A DNA stretch of 22,339 bases from Bacillota bacterium (GTDB lineage Bacteria > Bacillota > Clostridia > Clostridiales > Clostridiaceae). Positions 16,131 through 22,339 of this stretch are shown in pieces. The translations under genes were made by a program, and so were the position numbers. The stretch is from assembly GCA_023417975.1 (NCBI GenBank), contig JAEZDX010000386.1, positions 1-22,339 on the forward strand. The letters run 5' to 3'. The notes under the pieces are model-generated. The model ran no database searches, was not told the origin of the DNA, and worked only from the letters and a program-made list of their open reading frames with translations. The first letter of the stretch is position 1; every line of letters starts with the position of its first letter.

Positions 16131-17168
16131 CTATGGAACCATAGCAATAAGCTCCAAACCTTCATCTTCCTTCAGTCCAAACATTATATTCATACACTGC
16201 ACAGCCTGACCTGCCGCTCCCTTAACCAGATTATCAATGGCTCCAACAGCCACTATTCTTCCTGTACGTTCATCTAGTTTGGCATATAAATGGCATAAAT
16301 TTGTGCCTCTCACATTTCTAGTCTCAGGCGGTACTTTAATATATTTTACAAAGCAACTATTGTTATAAAAATCGCTATAGAGCTTATCAATTTCCTGCTG
16401 AGTAACAGCTGTTTTTATTTTGGAATAGCAGGTAGATAAAATTCCTCTATTCATTGGGATAAGATGGGGTGTAAAGCTTATATTAAATTTTTCTCCCGCT
16501 ATGTCGCAAAGCACCTGCTCTATTTCAGGGGTATGCCTGTGACTTCCTATTCCGTAGGCTTTTACCGATTCATTACATTCACAAAACAGACTTGAAATGG
16601 ATGCATTCCTGCCTGCACCTGAAACTCCGGATTTTGCATCGATAATAATTGAATCAGTATCAATTATTCCTTTTGCCAATAGAGGAGCTATAGCTAGTAT
16701 AGACGCGGTAGGATAACATCCGGGAGCAGCTATAATTCTGGCACTTTTTATCTTGCTTCCATTAAGTTCTGCCAATCCGTATACCGCCTCCTTAAGCATT
16801 TCCGCTCCCTCATGCTTAACTTTGTACCAGCTTTCGTATATGTCCGCATCTTTTAGCCTGTAATCCGCTCCTAAATCTATTACCTTTACTCCAAGATTTA
16901 CAGCCTTTCTCACTATTTCAAAGCTTTTTCCGTGAGGAAGAGCGATAAATAACACCTCTATTTTTGAAAGCATTTCTTCTGCTTCCTTCAAATCAACGGT
17001 AATCAAATCTGTAAAACCTAAAAAATTATTATATATTTCTTCATATTTTACACCAACATTATTATGAGAGTTCAAAAAAACAACTTCTACAAATGGATGC
17101 TTATACAATATCCAGTTTAACATCTGTCCTGCATAGCCTGTCGATCCGATAATTCCTGCCTTAATCAT
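16131..17168 (-). CDS. argC: N-acetyl-gamma-glutamyl-phosphate reductase
   Basis: MIKAGIIGSTGYAGQ is the NAD(P)-binding N-terminus, and there is a catalytic Cys region (APGCYPTA). The preferred start is the ATG at 17168, 6 nt after AAGAGGTG. The listed GTG at 17177 is the alternative. The stop is TAG. Confidence 0.9.
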   Translation of the reverse strand: MIKAGIIGSTGYAGQMLNWILYKHPFVEVVFLNSHNNVGVKYEEIYNNFLGFTDLITVDLKEAEEMLSKIEVLFIALPHGKSFEIVRKAVNLGVKVIDLGADYRLKDADIYESWYKVKHEGAEMLKEAVYGLAELNGSKIKSARIIAAPGCYPTASILAIAPLLAKGIIDTDSIIIDAKSGVSGAGRNASISSLFCECNESVKAYGIGSHRHTPEIEQVLCDIAGEKFNISFTPHLIPMNRGILSTCYSKIKTAVTQQEIDKLYSDFYNNSCFVKYIKVPPETRNVRGTNLCHLYAKLDERTGRIVAVGAIDNLVKGAAGQAVQCMNIMFGLKEDEGLELIAMVP

Positions 17169-17258
17169 TACTATCACCTCTTAAAATATCAACCATATAA
17201 TGATTTTATAAGAATCAGTATAATTATGCAATATATTTTTATATTAATTCGGATTTTT

Positions 17259-17324
17259 TATTGAATATATGTACAAACGTGGTATAATTATACCATTAAT
17301 AGCACTATTCATGCATTTATTCAA
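17259..17324. promoter_or_regulatory. Two ARG-box-like (ArgR/AhrC operator-like) sequences in the divergent argC/argB control region
   Basis: Box 1 at 17259-17276 is TATTGAATATATGTACAA (TGAAT-N4-GTACA, an imperfect palindrome) and overlaps the argB -35. Box 2 at 17306-17324 has a TTTGAATAAAT half-site on the reverse strand, just downstream of the -10. Confidence 0.3.
17261..17288 (+). promoter_or_regulatory. argB-operon promoter, TTGAAT-N16-TGgTATAAT (extended -10)
   Basis: TTGAAT at 17261-17266, TG at 17280-17281 and TATAAT at 17283-17288. It lies about 65 nt upstream of the argB ATG. Confidence 0.5.
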
Positions 17325-17352
17325 ATTAATCAGCAATATGGAGGTATAATAG

Positions 17353-18246
17353 ATGACACTGGAGGTTAACACCATTTCAATAGATTTGATTCCACTCATA
17401 CACAAGTACAGAAATAAAACCTTTGTAATCAAGTATGGTGGAAGCATTATGGAAAATATAGAGGCTCAAAAAGCATTTCTTAATGATGTGGCTCTTCTAA
17501 AAAATCTTGGAATCAATATAGTTATTGTTCACGGCGGAGGCCCTGAAATTAATAAGTGGCTTAAAAAAGCAGATATAGAAAGTAAGTTTATAAATGGTCT
17601 GAGAGTAACGGATGAGGCAACCATGGAAATAGTTGAGATGGTACTCTCAGGTAATATAAATAAAAAGATCTCCTCTTTCCTAAGTTCCTTAGGCATTAGT
17701 GCAATCGGAATAAGCGGAAGAGACAGCAAGCTTATTACTGCAAAAAAGAAATATGTGTATGATAACAATGATAAAATTGATATAGGTTTTGTAGGCGAGG
17801 CAGTATCTGTTAATAAGGAGTTCTTGCTAAGTCTTATTAATAATGACAAGCTCCCCGTAATTTCTCCTATTGGATGCGATGCAAAAGGAAATGTATATAA
17901 TATTAATGCAGATTTCGCAGCTGCAGCTATAAGTTCTGCCTTAAAAGCCGAAAAGCTTATTATAATGACTGACATAGATGGGGTTTATAAGGATATAAAC
18001 GATAAAACTTCAATAATTAATTCTCTTTCTTTGGACGATATAAAAGATTATATAGAAGCAGGAATAATAAAGGGCGGTATGATACCAAAGCTTACATGCT
18101 GCTCTGAAGCTATTCTTCACGGTACTAAAAATGTTCATCTTATAGATGGAAGAAAAATGCACAGCTTAATTTTAGATACCTTTACAAAGTCCGGAACCCA
18201 AATAATTAAGCAAGGAGGTATGAAAAAATGTCAGAAAGCCATATAA
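17353..18246 (+). CDS. argB: Acetylglutamate kinase
   Basis: VIKYGGSIMEN and IVHGGGPEI are amino-acid-kinase-family motifs. A GGAGG RBS lies 8 nt upstream. Confidence 0.9.
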   Translation: MTLEVNTISIDLIPLIHKYRNKTFVIKYGGSIMENIEAQKAFLNDVALLKNLGINIVIVHGGGPEINKWLKKADIESKFINGLRVTDEATMEIVEMVLSGNINKKISSFLSSLGISAIGISGRDSKLITAKKKYVYDNNDKIDIGFVGEAVSVNKEFLLSLINNDKLPVISPIGCDAKGNVYNINADFAAAAISSALKAEKLIIMTDIDGVYKDINDKTSIINSLSLDDIKDYIEAGIIKGGMIPKLTCCSEAILHGTKNVHLIDGRKMHSLILDTFTKSGTQIIKQGGMKKCQKAI

Positions 18247-19394
18247 TGGAAACCTATAAAAGATACGCGCTAACTTTTACCGAGGGTAATGGTGCAAGAC
18301 TTATTGATAACAACGGAAAGAAATATATTGATTTTGTTTCAGGAGTTGCTGTAAATTGCCTGGGACATTGTAATGAGAAAATAACGCAAACAATAGCTGA
18401 ACAAAGTAAAAAGTTAATGCACATTTCCAATTACTATTGGAACGAATATAATACAAAGGTTGCAGATAAGCTCTGCAGCATCAGCGGCCATCATAGAGTT
18501 TTTCTTGGTAATAGTGGAGCCGAAGCAGTTGAAGGTGCACTAAAGGTTGCACGAAAGTATGGAAAAATTTCCGGCGGTGATAATAAAAATATTATTCTTT
18601 ATATGAGCAATTCCTTTCACGGTCGTACCTTAGGTGCATTATCGGTTACCGGTCAGCCAAAATATCAAGCGGATTATAAGCCTCTTATAGGTAATACTGT
18701 GGAAGTAACCTTTAATGATATTACATCGCTGGAAAAAAGCTTCAACAACGAAGTATGCGGGGTTATTATAGAACCTATTCAAGGTGAAGGCGGTGTAAAT
18801 ACTGCCTCTGTAGAATTCTTAAAAAAAGCTCAGGAACTATGTGAAAAGCATGATGCTCTTTTGATTTTTGACGAGATCCAGTGTGGTATGGGCAGACTGG
18901 GAACTATGTTTGCCTTTGAGAAATTCGGTGTAGTACCTGATGTTATTTGTATAGCTAAAGCTTTAGGCGGAGGCTTCCCTATCGGGGCTTTTATTACTAA
19001 TAAACGTGCTTCTGTGTTGACCTACGGAGATCACGGCAGTACTTATGGAGGAAATCCTTTAGCCGGTGCTGTAGCTCTGACTGTTCTGGAAGAACTACCC
19101 TCCGGCGGGGTTGTAGCTCAGGTTTCGGATAAAAGTCAATATATTGTTCATAAGCTTCAATATTTAAAGGAAAAATACGGCTTTATAACTGAGATAAGAG
19201 GAATGGGACTTCTGCTTGGAATAAAAATCAATGGCAGTACTTCAGAATTTATTTCCAAATGCATTGAACACGGACTTCTTCTAATAACAGCAGGTTCAGA
19301 TGTTATTAGAATCCTTCCTCCATTAAATGTGGAAGAAAAAGATATTGATGAAGCCTTCATAATCATAGAGGATGTCATAAAACTAATGGTTTAA
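18228..19394 (+). CDS. argD: Acetylornithine aminotransferase (class III PLP aminotransferase)
   Basis: LIFDEIQCGMGRLG and the PLP-lysine region (ICIAKALGGG) are present. An AAGGAGGT RBS lies 7 nt upstream. The gene overlaps the argB 3' end by 19 nt. Confidence 0.9.
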   Translation: MSESHIMETYKRYALTFTEGNGARLIDNNGKKYIDFVSGVAVNCLGHCNEKITQTIAEQSKKLMHISNYYWNEYNTKVADKLCSISGHHRVFLGNSGAEAVEGALKVARKYGKISGGDNKNIILYMSNSFHGRTLGALSVTGQPKYQADYKPLIGNTVEVTFNDITSLEKSFNNEVCGVIIEPIQGEGGVNTASVEFLKKAQELCEKHDALLIFDEIQCGMGRLGTMFAFEKFGVVPDVICIAKALGGGFPIGAFITNKRASVLTYGDHGSTYGGNPLAGAVALTVLEELPSGGVVAQVSDKSQYIVHKLQYLKEKYGFITEIRGMGLLLGIKINGSTSEFISKCIEHGLLLITAGSDVIRILPPLNVEEKDIDEAFIIIEDVIKLMV

Positions 19395-19419
19395 TTAATA
19401 AACTGTCAAGGAGCTTTTT

Positions 19420-20529
19420 ATGGAATTAAAAACAGCAGTCTTAAATAGATTGGACGAAATAAAAAAATTGAGAGCAACTCTGCATGAAAATGCAGAGCTG
19501 TCTTTTAATGAGTTTAAAACTCAAAGTATTATAATTGACTATCTTGAAGCCTTAGGCTATAGCTGTAAAGCTTGCGCAAATACGGGTGTTGTTGCACTTT
19601 TAAATTCTGGAGCTGAATGTATAGCAGTACGAGCCGACATGGATGCACTACCTATCAATGGAGCTTTTCACGGCTGCGGTCACGATTACCATATGGCTAT
19701 ACTCCTTGGCGTTGCAGCAGTACTTAAGGATTTGAACTTTAAAAAATGTATCAAATTTATTTTTCAACCTGGCGAAGAAGCCTCCGGTGGGGCTGTTCCA
19801 ATGATTAAAGAAGGTGTATTGGAAAACCCCAAGGTTAAGTCTATGGTTGGCTATCATGTATGGCCCGGTTTAAAAGTAGGAACAATTGAAGCTGCTTATG
19901 GTGCTTCAATGGGGTCAGTGGATGATTTTATTATTAAGTTTATTGGACGCGGAGGTCACGCTGCCATGCCTGAGCAGTGCATAAATCCACTTCAGCCTGC
20001 TATACGCTTTGCCGCAGCTTTGGAGGAGAAATCCAACAAAATGTATATGGCTAAAAATCCTCATGTGCTAACTGTCTCTTCACTTAACTGCGGCACTGCG
20101 CCAAATGTAATCTCTGACTCGGCAGTGGTAATGGGTACAGTAAGAACCTTTGAAGAGAAGCTGCGCAGCTGTTTAAAAGATGAAATTTTAAGTCTGGCTG
20201 CTTATTGGTCCAAGACTTTTCAATGCAATGTTGATATAAATTACGACGAACAATACCCGCCTCTTATTAATGATGAAAGTATAACCGACAGCTTCATTGC
20301 TTCAGCATCAAAGCTGCTTGGAAAAGACAAAGTACTTCCGCTTAAGCCTACCTTTGCAGCTGAAGACTTCTCTTATTTTGCAAAGGCTGTTCCATCAGTT
20401 CATTTTAGACTTGGTATTGCAGATGATCATTTAGGGAATTTTCCACTGCATTCTCCTAATTTTAATGCTAATGAAGATGCTATTTTCAATGGCATATACT
20501 TGGTAGTACATTACTTATTTAATGCATAG
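19420..20529 (+). CDS. M20D-family amidohydrolase (N-acyl-amino-acid deacylase-like); candidate N-acetylornithine deacetylase by operon context
   Basis: The HGCGHD metal-binding motif and the QPGEE motif belong to the peptidase M20D / ILR1 / hippurate-hydrolase family. An AAGGAG RBS lies 6 nt upstream. The gene sits 25 nt after argD with no intervening hairpin. The stop is TAG. Confidence 0.8.
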   Translation: MELKTAVLNRLDEIKKLRATLHENAELSFNEFKTQSIIIDYLEALGYSCKACANTGVVALLNSGAECIAVRADMDALPINGAFHGCGHDYHMAILLGVAAVLKDLNFKKCIKFIFQPGEEASGGAVPMIKEGVLENPKVKSMVGYHVWPGLKVGTIEAAYGASMGSVDDFIIKFIGRGGHAAMPEQCINPLQPAIRFAAALEEKSNKMYMAKNPHVLTVSSLNCGTAPNVISDSAVVMGTVRTFEEKLRSCLKDEILSLAAYWSKTFQCNVDINYDEQYPPLINDESITDSFIASASKLLGKDKVLPLKPTFAAEDFSYFAKAVPSVHFRLGIADDHLGNFPLHSPNFNANEDAIFNGIYLVVHYLFNA

Positions 20530-20639
20530 AAGTATACACTATTAATTTTTAATTAAAAAAATATTTTTTTCGAAAAACCTGTCTCAATTTATTTTTTTAG
20601 TAATACACTATAAATATAAATTTGAAACAGGTGATTTTT

Positions 20640-22339
20640 TTGTGTGGACTTACAGGTATCATTAATTTTAAGCGAGATATAACCGATTCGGAAGAAACCT
20701 TAAGGGACATGACTGCTACACTGTCTAAACGAGGCCCTAATCAGCAAGGCTTTTACTTCTCTCCTCATGCAATGCTTGGCCATAGAAGGCTTATAGTTGT
20801 TGATCCAGATGGAGGAACTCAGCCAATGATTAAGGAGCAAAATAATAATAAATATATAATCGTATATAACGGCGAACTGTATAACACTGAAGATTTGAGA
20901 GTTGAATTAAAAAATATGGGCTTCCACTTTGATTCATACTCAGACACTGAAGTTCTTCTTACCTCATATATTGCTTGGGGTACTGATTGCGTCAACCATA
21001 TCAACGGAATTTTTGCCTTTGGAATCTGGGACGAAAAAGCCGAAAGCTTCTTTATGGCCAGAGACCATCTCGGAGTTAAGCCTCTCTTTTATACTATTAA
21101 AGATAATAATTTTATATTCGGTTCAGAGCTTAAGGCTCTTCTTGCAAATTCTATGGTAGAGCCTATTATAGATGAAAAAGGTATATGTGAAATCATGGGT
21201 TTGGGTCCTGCTCACACCGAAAACTCCGGAGTATTTAAGGATGTATATCAGCTTCCTCCCGCTCATTGTCTGCTTTATACAAGAGAGGACTTAAGAGTAC
21301 GGGAATATTGGATGCTAAAAAGCTTACCCCATAAAGAAAATATAAGTGACACCATAGAACATGTAAGAAGCTTAGTATTGGATGCAATAAACAGGCAGCT
21401 TGTTTCAGACGTTCCCGTTTGTACCTTCTTGTCAGGCGGCCTTGACTCCAGTATTATTTCGGCAGTAACGTCAAAGGAGTTTAAAAAACGCGGCAAGATT
21501 CTTAATACCTATTCTATCGATTATGAAGATAACAAGAAACATTTTAAGTCAAATGAATTCACGCCTACTACTGATGATGAATGGGTAGGTATTATGTCCG
21601 AATTTATCGGCAGTGAGCATCATAGGATTATTCTTAACAATCAAAAATTAATGGAAGCACTAAGTGATGCTGTAGAAGCCTCGGATTTGCCTGGAATGGC
21701 AGATATAGATTCTTCTTTATTACTGTTTTGCAAGGAAGTAAGCAAAGAGAATGTAGTTGCTCTTTCCGGGGAGTGTGCCGATGAAGTCTTCGGCGGTTAT
21801 CCATGGTTTACGCGCCCAGAGCTTAAGAACCTTAATACCTTTCCTTGGTCAAATGCCCTTAGCGAAAGGCAAGCTATATTATCCCATGATTTATCACATA
21901 TTAATCTAAAAGAGTATGTGGATAGTCAATATAACGAAACCTTAAAGAAACTTCCTGTTATGGCTGACAGCTCGGTAAAAGACGATCCGTCAAAGAAAAT
22001 GTTTTTCTTAAATATAAAGTGGTTTATGACTACACTGCTCACAAGAAATGACAGAATGAGTATGGCAAACAGCCTTGAAGTAAGAGTTCCCTTTGCAGAT
22101 TACAGAATTGTAGAATATACCTTTAATATCCCTCAGGAATTCAAATTCTATAAAGACAGAGAAAAGGGCTTACTTCGGCAGGCGTTAACCGGTTTATTGC
22201 CGGAAGATGTACTTTGGCGTAAAAAGAGCCCTTACCCTAAGACCTTCAATCCAAGTTATACAAAAGGTGTACAGCAGTGGATGGGGAAAATATTAGCCGA
22301 TAAAGCTTCACCGATTTTGCAAATCATAGATAAAAGCAT
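20640..22339 (+). CDS. asnB: Asparagine synthetase B (glutamine-hydrolysing), 3'-partial, TTG start
   Basis: The frame is open from 20640 to the window end. The N-terminus (M)CGLTGII has the Ntn-glutaminase catalytic Cys at position 2. The SGGLDSS PP-loop and the downstream synthetase domain are present. The ORF is absent from the supplied track because it has no stop inside the window. Confidence 0.85.
   Translation, partial: MCGLTGIINFKRDITDSEETLRDMTATLSKRGPNQQGFYFSPHAMLGHRRLIVVDPDGGTQPMIKEQNNNKYIIVYNGELYNTEDLRVELKNMGFHFDSYSDTEVLLTSYIAWGTDCVNHINGIFAFGIWDEKAESFFMARDHLGVKPLFYTIKDNNFIFGSELKALLANSMVEPIIDEKGICEIMGLGPAHTENSGVFKDVYQLPPAHCLLYTREDLRVREYWMLKSLPHKENISDTIEHVRSLVLDAINRQLVSDVPVCTFLSGGLDSSIISAVTSKEFKKRGKILNTYSIDYEDNKKHFKSNEFTPTTDDEWVGIMSEFIGSEHHRIILNNQKLMEALSDAVEASDLPGMADIDSSLLLFCKEVSKENVVALSGECADEVFGGYPWFTRPELKNLNTFPWSNALSERQAILSHDLSHINLKEYVDSQYNETLKKLPVMADSSVKDDPSKKMFFLNIKWFMTTLLTRNDRMSMANSLEVRVPFADYRIVEYTFNIPQEFKFYKDREKGLLRQALTGLLPEDVLWRKKSPYPKTFNPSYTKGVQQWMGKILADKASPILQIIDKS

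Noticed and set aside
17244-17447. 67-aa - strand ORF spanning the argB promoter and start
   Set aside because: It overlaps the argB RBS and N-terminus on the opposite strand. It has no RBS and a hydrophobic low-complexity sequence.
20561-20580. Perfect 12-bp palindrome TTTTTCGAAAAA upstream of asnB as a CodY box
   Set aside because: The spacing lacks the central W of AATTTTCWGAAAATT, so it is off by 1 nt. An AT-rich palindrome could arise by chance.
1-22339. CRISPR arrays, IS elements, integrases, toxin-antitoxin or defence-system genes
   Set aside because: There are no direct-repeat/spacer periodicity, no terminal inverted repeats bounding ORFs, no transposase or recombinase-like ORFs and no compositional island. 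Every large ORF is accounted for by core metabolism.

Overview
The window is a low-GC Firmicute chromosomal segment, most likely Clostridia-like, and it is almost entirely core nitrogen and amino-acid biosynthesis.

Gene order:
- + strand: a 5'-partial LysM-repeat protein, then an orphan promoter, a structured RNA and a terminator, then an overlapping NfeD–flotillin (FloT-type) pair.
- − strand: a gltB–gltD glutamate synthase operon in which gltD carries an in-frame TAG.
- − strand: a hom – iPGM/ApgM-like gene – thrC operon, then a stand-alone fused-type aconitase.
- Divergent arginine genes: argC on −, and argB–argD–M20D amidohydrolase on +.
- + strand: a 3'-partial asparagine synthetase B with a TTG start.

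I see no transposases, integrases, CRISPR repeats, defence systems or tRNA/rRNA genes, so I cannot support a large novel system in this window.

The observations most worth follow-up are:
1. An in-frame amber codon splits an otherwise intact gltD.
2. A near-consensus orphan promoter is followed by a three-stem RNA structure and a strong intrinsic terminator upstream of nfeD–floT. This may be an sRNA or a riboswitch-like leader.
3. A metalloenzyme phosphoglycerate-mutase-family gene sits exactly where homoserine kinase is expected.
4. An M20D amidohydrolase is co-transcribed with argBD, and no argJ lies in the window.
5. ARG-box-like and CodY-box-like operators sit in the arg and aconitase promoter regions.

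Stop-codon usage across the window is 9 TAA, 3 TAG and 1 TGA. The three TAG codons are genuine terminal stops, which argues against TAG reassignment.
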